This document shows, piece after piece, positions 1-8,166 of a DNA stretch of 14,237 nucleotides (the stretch's first letter is position 1; each line of letters opens with the position of its first letter). A program made the translations under genes and the position numbers. Under the pieces are notes generated by a model, which saw nothing but the letters and a program-made list of their open reading frames with translations, did not search any database and was not told the DNA's origin. The DNA is from Campylobacterota bacterium (GTDB taxonomy: Bacteria; Campylobacterota; Campylobacteria; Campylobacterales; Sulfurimonadaceae), in contig JAYEMF010000044.1 of NCBI GenBank assembly GCA_034717975.1, positions 36,973-51,209 of the forward strand, in the 5' to 3' direction.

Positions 1-179
1 TTCAAGGCAAAATCTCTCTGCCCCGGATAGGGGCAAGCTTCAGTGCCACAGCGGCCAGCGCAGTCAAACGGGCTTTGCCCATTTGACGTGTTCAAGGCAA
101 AATCTCTCTGACCCAACAGGGGCAAGCTTCAGTGCCACAGCGGCCAGCGCAGTTAAACGGGCTATGCCCGTTTAACGTG
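1..179. repeat. Tandem direct repeat, two copies (1-90, 91-179) of a structured ~90-nt non-coding unit; may continue upstream of the window
   Basis: Both copies read TTCAAGGCAAAATCTCTCTG-(variable)-GGGGCAAGCTTCAGTGCCACAGCGGCCAGCGCAGT...ACGTG. Lengths of 90 and 89 nt break frame. Each carries two inverted repeats (19-35 and 63-87; 109-124 and 152-176). Confidence 0.95.
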
Positions 180-201
180 TCTAATAAAAGTATAGATACG
201 C

Positions 202-207
202 TACAAT
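202..207 (+). promoter_or_regulatory. Putative sigma70 -10 box (gcTACAAT) for a leaderless transcript
   Basis: TACAAT at 202-207 lies 7 nt before ATG 215; no Shine-Dalgarno-like sequence in between or nearby. Confidence 0.6.
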
Positions 208-214
208 CGTTACC

Positions 215-1699
215 ATGCAAGAAACGGGAAAAATACTCTTTTACAACGCCAATGAAGGCGTCGGCATCATTATTACGGGACGAAAAGAGAAGTACGAGTT
301 CGAAGTGGTGGACTGGGACGATTACGATACCCTCCCCGACAGGGGTATGGAAGTGAGTTTCGAACCTGACGGCGACTTTGCGACCCATATTATGGTCGTT
401 GACACAGCTGCGGCGGCGAAGCCAAAAGAGCCGGCCAAGCAAGAAGAGGCCGTTTTTTCACCGGATGCCCCGATGTTGACATTAATCCATCTGAATATTG
501 ACCCGGGCGAGGCTATTCGTGAATATTTCGACAGGATTGAACGCAATATCCAGGAGCACACCCAGTACAAGACAGCGACGGGACGCCTTGACTTTTTGCG
601 CATCCGCCGATTCCTCTTTACCACCTACAACAACCTGACGGAACTGGATGTCAACTTTATCACACCGGAACTCAAGGTGATGCGTGATGACTTGCTGCAG
701 ATGAGCCAGGTTTATGACGATTACAAGATCAAGGCGACCTACCCAGATGTCGCTTTTGACAAGGTGTTCCTCTCCCGCCAGCCCGATTACGTCTATCTGA
801 GACAAGATGCGGAGTACAGTTTCAATGAACTCAAAGGTCTGCACACCTCCGAGCAGATGCTTACAGAGCGTGTCGAAGACAAAGAGGTGATACTCAACCG
901 TACCCTGCGCAGTTCGACCCAGTTTCCGCGCCTGGAAGGGGAGTACAAGGAGCTTAAGAAGAAGCATGTCGACACCATTCATCTGATCGCATCGCTGAAT
1001 GAACGCTATAAAGAGGCATCTCGTCTGATGGGGGAGTTCGAGCAGGAGCACCAGCATACTTTTTTTGAACGTTTTACCGAGGCGTCGCGCAAATACCGGA
1101 AACAGATTATTTACATTCTTGATGCCCAGTCCTTTATGTTCGACGAACTGCTCTGGCACCAGGCGAAAAAGTCAAAAGTGATCAAACGTTTTTTCGAAGA
1201 GGCGCATATTAAAGGGAATTACTGTGCCAAGACCTATCTGAAGTACTATCTCAATACCCTTGATCAGCAGATCATCTCCGTGGAGCAGCAGGAACTCTTC
1301 GAGCTTTATGAGTACCTCGAATCGTTAGAGCACGATAAGATCATGATTTTGGTGCACGATTTCGACGATGCTTTGCGGCTGAAATACCTTTTGGCCAAGA
1401 TCGACTCCTCTCTCAGTATCGAAGCTTTTGTCGACGAGCGCAAGGCCCTTGCCTGGGCGCAGAAGAAAGAGCCTTCGATCATGCTCATCGAAGACCAGCT
1501 TCAGAACCTCTCATTCGGGCAGTTTATGACCACATGTAAAAAAAGGGTATCATTTCAGCCGATAATCTTGCTTCTTAGCAATCTCGGCCCGGAAAGTTTT
1601 GATGAAGAGGGGATCGAGATGGTGATACGTAAAGGCTTCTCCGACAAGGAGATGCGTAAGGCGATCGAGGAAGTACTTCAGAAGGATGAGAATGGATAA
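215..1699 (+). CDS. Uncharacterised 494-aa protein: N-terminal cold-shock-domain-like OB fold, long helical/coiled-coil middle, C-terminal atypical receiver (REC) domain
   Basis: N-terminus TGKILFYNANEGVGII...GMEVSF resembles CspA (TGxVKWFNxxKGFGFI...GQKVSF). Ala/Pro/Lys linker, then a charged helical centre. C-terminus has the REC pattern KIMILVHD / PSIMLIED / PIILLLS / IRKGFS. ORF is solid; domain calls are by eye. Confidence 0.7.
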   Translation: MQETGKILFYNANEGVGIIITGRKEKYEFEVVDWDDYDTLPDRGMEVSFEPDGDFATHIMVVDTAAAAKPKEPAKQEEAVFSPDAPMLTLIHLNIDPGEAIREYFDRIERNIQEHTQYKTATGRLDFLRIRRFLFTTYNNLTELDVNFITPELKVMRDDLLQMSQVYDDYKIKATYPDVAFDKVFLSRQPDYVYLRQDAEYSFNELKGLHTSEQMLTERVEDKEVILNRTLRSSTQFPRLEGEYKELKKKHVDTIHLIASLNERYKEASRLMGEFEQEHQHTFFERFTEASRKYRKQIIYILDAQSFMFDELLWHQAKKSKVIKRFFEEAHIKGNYCAKTYLKYYLNTLDQQIISVEQQELFELYEYLESLEHDKIMILVHDFDDALRLKYLLAKIDSSLSIEAFVDERKALAWAQKKEPSIMLIEDQLQNLSFGQFMTTCKKRVSFQPIILLLSNLGPESFDEEGIEMVIRKGFSDKEMRKAIEEVLQKDENG

Positions 1700-2375
1700 A
1701 GTACTGCAGATGCTGCAGCTGCAGCAGCAGCTCAATGATGCGACAAACGGTAAGAATTGGGAAGAGGGTGTAACGAAAAACGGCAAGACGATCAACTGGA
1801 AGCGCTGTATCTATATGGAGTCGGCTGAGTTGATCGACTCATTTGCCTGGAAACACTGGAAAAGTATCCATCAAGAACCTGACTGGCACAATCTTCAGAT
1901 CGAAGTCGTTGATGTATGGCACTTTGTGATGAGTCTGGTACTGCAGGAGTATCGCCTCAATATGACGGGAACGCTTGAAGATGCCGCAATGGGAATCGCT
2001 CAGATGCCGCACTATCAGGTGCTTGATGAAGAGAGTATTGATTTTGAAAAGCCTGAACTCATTATGATTCAGATCGAAGCACTGATGCGTGATGTCCTTC
2101 AAACCGGCAAAGTCAAGCTTTCAGGGATCTTGGCGGACTTTTTTGAACTGGCACGCATGAGCGCTCTCGATATTCATTCGCTTTACCGTCTCTATGTCGG
2201 CAAAAATATCCTCAACCAGTTTCGTCAGGATCATGGCTATAAAGAGGGGAGCTACATCAAAGAGTGGAACGGTCTGGAAGATAATGCCGTGATGAAGCGT
2301 ATCTGGGAAGAGAGCGGTGAGCTGAAGCCTGAAGCACTTTATAAAGAGTTGGAAAAGCAGTATAGCCAGCTATAA
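1692..2375 (+). CDS. dut: Dimeric (all-alpha, Campylobacter-type) dUTP diphosphatase
   Basis: Motifs ESAELID, WKHWK, IEVVDVWHF, KNILNQFRQDHGY and EDN typical of dimeric dUTPases. AAGGA at 1682-1686 favours ATG 1692 over 1686. Overlaps the upstream stop by 8 nt. Confidence 0.93.
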   Translation: MDKVLQMLQLQQQLNDATNGKNWEEGVTKNGKTINWKRCIYMESAELIDSFAWKHWKSIHQEPDWHNLQIEVVDVWHFVMSLVLQEYRLNMTGTLEDAAMGIAQMPHYQVLDEESIDFEKPELIMIQIEALMRDVLQTGKVKLSGILADFFELARMSALDIHSLYRLYVGKNILNQFRQDHGYKEGSYIKEWNGLEDNAVMKRIWEESGELKPEALYKELEKQYSQL

Positions 2376-2379
2376 ACTC

Positions 2380-2399
2380 AGGGAGCTATTAAGCTCTTT
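2380..2399 (+). terminator. Weak hairpin just after dut, possible terminator between convergent genes
   Basis: AGGGAGCT-ATTA-AGCTCTTT, 8 bp including two G-U pairs; U-tract poor. Confidence 0.35.
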
Positions 2400-2426
2400 A
2401 TCAAAATCATACGATTTGCCACATTC

Positions 2427-2450
2427 CGTCACTCCTGCGCAGGGATGACG
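2427..2450. repeat. GC-rich palindromic element (CGTCA...TGACG), REP-like remnant or terminator hairpin
   Basis: CGTCACTCCT-GCGC-AGGGATGACG imperfect inverted repeat in the convergent intergenic gap. Confidence 0.5.
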
Positions 2451-2471
2451 ATACCCACAAACACTATCTAC

Positions 2472-3356
2472 TTACCGATAGATCTCCGGATGCTCCGTCT
2501 TCCATCGACGGTGGCACCAGAACCAGAATTTCGGATTTTCAGCAATCACCAGCTCCAGCAGATTGGCCTGCTTCTGGGTCGCTTCCAGGATATCTGCTTT
2601 CGCATCGTCGGTTTTGCTCACTTCAATGGCTTCATAAAAGCGCAAAGTATAATGTTCTTCATCTTCAGTGCTGATATAGACAGGAAGGATTAATGCATCG
2701 TACTTTCTCGCCAGGAAAGCCGGTGCAGCAGTCTGCCTGGCTGTCTTACCAAAAAAATTGACGATAATACCGTCGCGTTCGCTTGTATTCTGATCGGTAA
2801 GCAAGGAGATGGCTTCACCAGCTTTCAGTGCCTTTGCAAGCTGTTTGACGGCTCCGCGTTTCTCAACCAGATTCATATCAAGCCGTGAACGTGCCTGATG
2901 CAGATACTGCTCAAAGTATGGGTTTTTTAGAGCTTTGTGTGCGACATGAATCGGCATGATCTGCGTAGAGATCGTGGCACCTCCCAGTTCCCAGTTTCCA
3001 AAATGTGCCGTAGTGAAGATGATGGGGCGTCCAGTGGCTTTGGCCGCATCGACAATTGCTAAATTTTCAATAGTAACTCTATTGCCGATCTCCTCTTTGG
3101 AGATAGTGCGGTTTTCGATGATCTGTAGCAGGTTCAGCAGAAGATTATGGTAGCAGTAGCGGCTGATCTGCTCCTCCTCTTGGGCTGTGCAGCTCTGGCC
3201 CATGGCAAAATGCAGGTTTTGCAAAATCACACGCCGATGTTTTTTGTCGATAAGGTAGGCGAAGTTGGCCAGACCGATGAAGAGCGCTTTACGCATAAAA
3301 CGAGGCAGGATCATGACGATCTTTTCAAAAACTAAAAAGAGGTAATAACCGATCAT
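2472..3356 (-). CDS. lpxL: Lipid A biosynthesis late acyltransferase (LpxL/HtrB family)
   Basis: N-terminal membrane segment, TAHFGNWE (HX4D/E) motif, LLTDQN, VNFFG, and WFWCHRRWK near the C-terminus. AGGAGA SD upstream of ATG 3356, so the ORF-track start 3407 is probably too long. Confidence 0.9.
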   Translation of the reverse strand: MIGYYLFLVFEKIVMILPRFMRKALFIGLANFAYLIDKKHRRVILQNLHFAMGQSCTAQEEEQISRYCYHNLLLNLLQIIENRTISKEEIGNRVTIENLAIVDAAKATGRPIIFTTAHFGNWELGGATISTQIMPIHVAHKALKNPYFEQYLHQARSRLDMNLVEKRGAVKQLAKALKAGEAISLLTDQNTSERDGIIVNFFGKTARQTAAPAFLARKYDALILPVYISTEDEEHYTLRFYEAIEVSKTDDAKADILEATQKQANLLELVIAENPKFWFWCHRRWKTEHPEIYR

Positions 3357-3392
3357 TTGCTCTCCTGTTACCTGTTCATTAAGTATAAGCGA

Positions 3393-3417
3393 ATTATACC
3401 CAAGCATACGCTATAAT
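3393..3417. promoter_or_regulatory. Back-to-back divergent -10 boxes for lpxL (-) and the hisH operon (+)
   Basis: TATAAT on the minus strand at 3393-3398 and gcTATAAT on the plus strand at 3412-3417. Confidence 0.65.
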
Positions 3418-3449
3418 CGCGTTAATTTAATAGGTGCCTGTTTTGATTA

Positions 3450-3529
3450 GCGCGGTTTACTGCGCGCGGGCTTTACGCCGAGTAAAACTTAGCGTTAGCG
3501 TAGCCAAAGGAATTAGTTTCTTTGGCGTA
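3450..3529 (+). other. Structured GC-rich segment in the hisH leader (cis-regulatory RNA or intergenic repeat element)
   Basis: Hairpins at 3450-3465, 3472-3486 and 3503-3526 (10 bp, TTAG loop); TTAGCG at 3447, 3489 and 3495. Confidence 0.5.
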
Positions 3530-3551
3530 TAAAAATAATAGTAAGCAAAAT

Positions 3552-4163
3552 ATGATAGCAATCGTTGATTACAATATGGGAAATCTTGCCAGTGTTAAAA
3601 ATGCCTTCAAACTTCTTGGTGAGGAAGTTGTGGTCGAATCTGATCCGGATAACTTCATGCGTTACGATAAACTGATCCTGCCGGGAGTCGGTGCGTATGG
3701 CGATGCGATGGAGCATCTGCGTGACCGCGGTATGGATGAAGCGCTCAAAGCGTATGCCCGGCGCGGTAACTATATGCTGGGTATCTGTCTGGGAATGCAG
3801 CTGCTTTTCGAGAGCAGTGAGGAGTTCGGTTCCAACGAAGGCCTTGGACTGATCAAAGGCCATGTGCAGGCATTTGATACCAAACGGTTTGATCATCCGC
3901 TGAAAGTACCCCACATGGGTTGGAACCGTATGTTCACAAAAGAGCATCCTCTCTTTGACAATCTGGATGATGCGCACTACCTCTATTTTGTACACTCGTT
4001 TCATGCGGTATGTGATGATATGTCCGATACGATAGGGCGTACAGAGTATGGGTATAGTTTTACCAGTGCTGTAGCACATGATAATGTTTTAGGGATACAA
4101 CCTCACCCAGAGAAGAGCCATAAAAATGGGCTTCAGATCTTAAAAAATTTTATAGGACTGTAA
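3552..4163 (+). CDS. hisH: Imidazole glycerol phosphate synthase, glutamine amidotransferase subunit
   Basis: MIAIVDYNMGNLASV start, LILPGVGAY, catalytic GICLGMQLL, VPHMGWN, YFVHSF, HPEKS. Family-typical start is ATG 3552; in-frame TTG 3522 is an alternative. Confidence 0.97.
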   Translation: MIAIVDYNMGNLASVKNAFKLLGEEVVVESDPDNFMRYDKLILPGVGAYGDAMEHLRDRGMDEALKAYARRGNYMLGICLGMQLLFESSEEFGSNEGLGLIKGHVQAFDTKRFDHPLKVPHMGWNRMFTKEHPLFDNLDDAHYLYFVHSFHAVCDDMSDTIGRTEYGYSFTSAVAHDNVLGIQPHPEKSHKNGLQILKNFIGL

Positions 4164-4166
4164 CAG

Positions 4167-4865
4167 ATGACGATTTTTCCAGCGATTGACTTAAAAGACG
4201 GCAAAGCCGTACGCCTTACAAAAGGTTTGATGGAGAGTGCCAAAGTCTATTCGGATGAACCTTGGCAGCAGGTCAAGATATTTGAAGAGATGGGGGCGGA
4301 GTGGGTTCACCTGGTTGATCTAAACGGGGCTTTTGCCGGAGAGCCGAAAAACCTCGATGAGATCATTAAGATCCGCCAAAACTGCAGTGTCAAGCTTGAA
4401 CTTGGCGGCGGGATTCGTGATGAAGAGACCATTAAACGCTATCTGGACCTGGGTATCGATCGTGTGATTCTGGGCTCGATTGCGGTTAAAGACCCTGAGT
4501 TTGTCAAAGCGATGGCGGCAAAATATCCGGTTGTTGTCGGTATTGATGCGATTGACGGTTATGTGGCTGTCGAAGGGTGGGGTGAAGTGAGTGAGATGAA
4601 AGCAACCGATCTGGCCCGTGCCTTTGCCGATGCCGGCGTTGAAGCGATCATCTGTACCGATGTTGGCAGAGATGGGATGCTAACCGGTGTGAACGTTGAG
4701 TTTACTCTGGATATTGCACGTGCCAGCGGCATCGATACGATTGCCAGCGGCGGGGTCAAAGATGAGAGTGACATCGAAGCACTCAAAGCAACGGGCGAGA
4801 TCGAAGGCGTTATTGTCGGGAAAGCCTATTACGAGGGAACACTTGATCTTAAAAAGGTCTTGTAA
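4167..4865 (+). CDS. hisA: ProFAR isomerase
   Basis: [54 protein letters not shown]. Confidence 0.97.
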   Translation: MTIFPAIDLKDGKAVRLTKGLMESAKVYSDEPWQQVKIFEEMGAEWVHLVDLNGAFAGEPKNLDEIIKIRQNCSVKLELGGGIRDEETIKRYLDLGIDRVILGSIAVKDPEFVKAMAAKYPVVVGIDAIDGYVAVEGWGEVSEMKATDLARAFADAGVEAIICTDVGRDGMLTGVNVEFTLDIARASGIDTIASGGVKDESDIEALKATGEIEGVIVGKAYYEGTLDLKKVL

Positions 4866-4920
4866 GTTCGTTTGAACAGGAGACGCTTAATTTAAGTGCA
4901 AAGATGTTTTAGCTAATATC

Positions 4921-4929
4921 TGCTATTAT
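4921..4929 (+). promoter_or_regulatory. Putative extended -10 promoter for cheY-prmA-ftsH
   Basis: TGcTATTAT at 4921-4929, TTTAAGT upstream at 4891-4897, and SD AAGGA before TTG 4964. Confidence 0.45.
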
Positions 4930-4963
4930 ATTTTAATAAGAAAATGTTTAAAAAGGATGCGGA

Positions 4964-5335
4964 TTGAAACTGATAGTTGTTGACGATAGTTCGACGATGC
5001 GACGCATTATTAAAAATACTCTGGCACGCCTTGGATACAAAGACGTTCTTGAAGGCGAAGATGGTGTTCAGGGATGGGAAGTTCTTGATGCCAATCCTGA
5101 CACAGGGATGCTGATCACTGACTGGAATATGCCGGAGATGAACGGTTTGGAACTGGTTAAAAAAGTGCGTGCTGATGAGCGTTTTGTAGATCTGCCAATT
5201 ATTATGGTCACGACAGAAGGTGGTAAAGCCGAGGTTATTACCGCGCTTAAAGCCGGTGTCAACAATTACATTGTTAAACCATTTACTCCGCAAGTACTCA
5301 AGGAAAAACTCGGTGCTGTTTTAGGCACAGAATAG
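4964..5335 (+). CDS. cheY: Chemotaxis response regulator CheY
   Basis: Single REC domain: VVDDSSTMRRII, ITDWNMPEMNG, IIMVTTEG, YIVKPFT. TTG start with SD. cheY-prmA-ftsH order as in Campylobacter and Helicobacter. Confidence 0.95.
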   Translation: MKLIVVDDSSTMRRIIKNTLARLGYKDVLEGEDGVQGWEVLDANPDTGMLITDWNMPEMNGLELVKKVRADERFVDLPIIMVTTEGGKAEVITALKAGVNNYIVKPFTPQVLKEKLGAVLGTE

Positions 5336-5337
5336 TA

Positions 5338-6162
5338 ATGCAGGAGTACTACTACACCCTTACGGTGAGACCATCCTCTCACCTTTCTCTCTTTTGTGAC
5401 TTCCTTTCCGATACAGTTCCTATAGGTTTTGAAGAGATCGATGGCGGATTTGTAATTCGCAGTGAAGATGAACTTGAAACCATAGGATGGGGTATTGAAC
5501 AGTTTTGCGAAGCCCTGCAGAAAGCGTTGGCGACAAGCATCGACCTTGATCTAACGTATACAAAAGAGCAAAATAGCGACTGGGTCGCGGCTTACCAGCA
5601 AAGTGTTACACCTGTTGCGATCGAGCCTTTTTACATCCATCCGACCTGGGATGAACCTAAAGGGGGAGCGATCAATATTGCGATTGATCCGACTCTGGCG
5701 TTTGGCACGGGACATCATCCGACAACGGCGACTTGTCTGAAAGCGGTAGCGAAGCATGTCCAGGCGAACAGTAAGGTACTCGATGTAGGATGCGGAAGCG
5801 GTATTTTGGGGATCGCTGCACTGAAACTTGGTGCAGCTGTCGATGCTTGTGATACAGACCTGGTCTGTGTTGACAATTCAAAGGTCAATGCTGGACAAAA
5901 CGGTGTCGCGTTTGGCGAGGTCTGGGAAGGCTCGGCAGCACTGCGAAATAAAACATATGATGTCGTCATCGCCAATATCGTCGCCGATGTTTTGGTTATG
6001 ATCGCTTCAGACCTGAAAGCAGCACTGAAAGATGGCGGCAAGATTATTCTTTCAGGGATTTTAGATAAATATGAAGCTAAAGTCACACGGGCGTTTAGCA
6101 GTTTAGAGCTTGTAGAACGTATTCCCCAGGATGAGTGGGTCACTCTCATAGTAAAAAAGTAA
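5338..6162 (+). CDS. prmA: Ribosomal protein L11 methyltransferase
   Basis: IDPTLAFGTGHHPTT, SAM-binding VLDVGCGSGILGI, YDVVIANI, IILSGIL. Confidence 0.96.
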   Translation: MQEYYYTLTVRPSSHLSLFCDFLSDTVPIGFEEIDGGFVIRSEDELETIGWGIEQFCEALQKALATSIDLDLTYTKEQNSDWVAAYQQSVTPVAIEPFYIHPTWDEPKGGAINIAIDPTLAFGTGHHPTTATCLKAVAKHVQANSKVLDVGCGSGILGIAALKLGAAVDACDTDLVCVDNSKVNAGQNGVAFGEVWEGSAALRNKTYDVVIANIVADVLVMIASDLKAALKDGGKIILSGILDKYEAKVTRAFSSLELVERIPQDEWVTLIVKK

Positions 6163-6180
6163 ATTTAAGGATATAGATAG

Positions 6181-8166
6181 ATGGCTAAGCCAGAACCAGA
6201 GAACAATAACGACAATAATTTTTTCAATAAAAACCCGTTGATCACATTTGCAATTTTTTCTGTTGTGATCATCATAGTATTTAAAGCCCTCATTGGTGAT
6301 GGAGGTACTATAGGTGACCAGATGGGCGGAAACGGTACCGCCCGAAATCAGGATATCAGTTATGCCGATCTGAAAAAGAAGATTGAAAACAAAGAGATCG
6401 AGAAAGTGTCGATCGGACAGAGTTATATCCGTGCATTCAGCAATGAAAGCGGTCAGAAGGTCGTTTATACGGCTCGAATGGTCGGTCAGGATGCAACACT
6501 GATTCCGCTCCTGGATAAAAACGGTATTGATTACAGCGGTTTTTCCGAGAGTAACTGGTTTACAGAGATGTTTGGATGGCTCTTGCCATTTTTGATCATC
6601 ATTGCTATCTGGATGTTTATGGCCGGTCGTATGCAGAAAAATATGGGCGGTGGAATTTTAGGGATGGGACAGTCAAAAAAACTGGTCAATTCCGAAAAAC
6701 CGGACACCAAGTTCGACGATGTTGCCGGTGCGCAGGAAGCTAAAGAGGAAGTACTGGAAATTGTTGATTTCCTTCGCTATCCGGATCGCTATGTAGAACT
6801 TGGTGCAAAGATCCCTAAAGGGGTTTTGCTTGTGGGTAGTCCCGGTACCGGTAAGACACTGCTGGCCAAAGCGGTAGCCGGTGAAGCAGATGTCCCTTTC
6901 TTCTCGGTTTCGGGTTCAAGTTTTATCGAGATGTTCGTCGGTGTAGGTGCTGCGCGTGTTCGTGACCTGTTTGAACAGGCAAAGAAAGATGCCCCGTCGA
7001 TCATCTTTATTGATGAGATCGATGCCATTGGTAAGAGCCGTGCCGCAGGCGGTATGATGGGTGGTAACGATGAGCGTGAGCAGACGCTCAATCAGCTTCT
7101 GGCTGAGATGGACGGTTTCAGTACCGATACACCTATTATTATCTTGGCAGCGACCAATAGACCTGAGGTTCTTGATCCGGCTCTGCTGCGTCCGGGCCGT
7201 TTTGACCGTCAGGTCCTTGTTGACAAGCCTGATTACGAGGGACGTATCGAAATCCTTAAGGTCCATGTTAGAGGTGTCAAGCTAGATTCCGATATTGATC
7301 TTGAAGAGATAGCCCGGTTGACTGCCGGGCTTGCCGGTGCCGATCTGGCAAACATCATCAATGAGGGAGCACTGCTTGCCGGTCGTAATAGTCAGAAAAC
7401 AGTTACCCAGTCTGACTTGCGCGAATCAGTAGAGCGTGCCATTGCCGGTCTGGCCAAGAAAAGCCGCCGTATCAATGAGAAAGAGAAGAAGATCGTTGCC
7501 TATCATGAGAGCGGACATGCCCTGTTGGCAGAAACAACGATGGGTGCCAAACGTGTCTCTAAAGTGTCGATTGTACCACGTGGTTTAGCGGCACTTGGCT
7601 ACACACTCAATACCCCTGAAGAGAATAAGTACCTTGCACAGAAATTCGAGTTGATGGCTGAAGTGGATGTCCTTCTTGGCGGTCGTGCTGCCGAAGATGT
7701 TTTCTTTGGTGAGATATCTACCGGTGCAGGTAATGACCTTGAACGTGCGACGGATATCATTAAGTCGATGGTTCAGGTCTATGGTATGAGTGATGTCGCA
7801 GGATTGATGGTACTGGAGAAACAGCGCAACTCATTTCTCGGCGGTGGTATGCAGCAGGCCCGTGAATACAGCGAGCAGATGGCACAAGACACTGATAAAT
7901 ATATCAAGTCGACATTGGCTGAGCGTTATGATGCTGTAAAAGAGCGTCTTGAAGAGTATCGTGGTGCCATTGAAAATATGGTAAAACTGCTCTACATAAA
8001 AGAGAATATCACAGGTCAGCAGGTCCGTGATATCATTATTGATTTTGAACACTCAAATAATCTTGAGTCAAAACTTCAACCGGATACGGATCCGATAGAA
8101 GAGGATCTTGAAGCAGAAGCTGAAACACACAGAAGTGAAAGTACGGATAAAGATGATGAGAAGTAA
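6181..8166 (+). CDS. ftsH: ATP-dependent zinc metalloprotease FtsH
   Basis: Two N-terminal TM segments, Walker A GSPGTGKT, Walker [38 protein letters not shown] (HESGH). SD AAGGA upstream. Confidence 0.98.
   Translation: MAKPEPENNNDNNFFNKNPLITFAIFSVVIIIVFKALIGDGGTIGDQMGGNGTARNQDISYADLKKKIENKEIEKVSIGQSYIRAFSNESGQKVVYTARMVGQDATLIPLLDKNGIDYSGFSESNWFTEMFGWLLPFLIIIAIWMFMAGRMQKNMGGGILGMGQSKKLVNSEKPDTKFDDVAGAQEAKEEVLEIVDFLRYPDRYVELGAKIPKGVLLVGSPGTGKTLLAKAVAGEADVPFFSVSGSSFIEMFVGVGAARVRDLFEQAKKDAPSIIFIDEIDAIGKSRAAGGMMGGNDEREQTLNQLLAEMDGFSTDTPIIILAATNRPEVLDPALLRPGRFDRQVLVDKPDYEGRIEILKVHVRGVKLDSDIDLEEIARLTAGLAGADLANIINEGALLAGRNSQKTVTQSDLRESVERAIAGLAKKSRRINEKEKKIVAYHESGHALLAETTMGAKRVSKVSIVPRGLAALGYTLNTPEENKYLAQKFELMAEVDVLLGGRAAEDVFFGEISTGAGNDLERATDIIKSMVQVYGMSDVAGLMVLEKQRNSFLGGGMQQAREYSEQMAQDTDKYIKSTLAERYDAVKERLEEYRGAIENMVKLLYIKENITGQQVRDIIIDFEHSNNLESKLQPDTDPIEEDLEAEAETHRSESTDKDDEK

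Noticed and set aside
1..179. CRISPR array
   Set aside because: The constant part is ~80 nt and the variable part under 10 nt; there are no unique 25-45 nt spacers and no cas genes in the window.
482..1159. 225-aa antisense ORF
   Set aside because: Lies wholly opposite the 494-aa gene, with no recognisable motifs; a codon-bias shadow ORF.
1704..1733. CTGCAG/CAG repeat run in dut
   Set aside because: Simply encodes the N-terminal LQMLQLQQQL helix.
2445..2693. 82-aa plus-strand ORF
   Set aside because: Mostly antisense to the lpxL 3' end; starts inside a palindrome; no supporting features.
3467..3474. GGGCTTT shared by three intergenic regions (70, 3468, 10420)
   Set aside because: Too short, flanks do not align, and it also occurs inside the hisA coding sequence.
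3434..3532. 32-codon GTG-started uORF as a his attenuator peptide
   Set aside because: Contains no His codons, has no SD, and no U-tailed terminator follows.
3513..4079. 188-aa ORF antisense to hisH
   Set aside because: Shadow of a well-conserved gene.
8108..8152. Longer TTG start for the PSD-like gene
   Set aside because: Would overlap ftsH by 59 nt; the family-like N-terminus begins at ATG 8153 or 8156.
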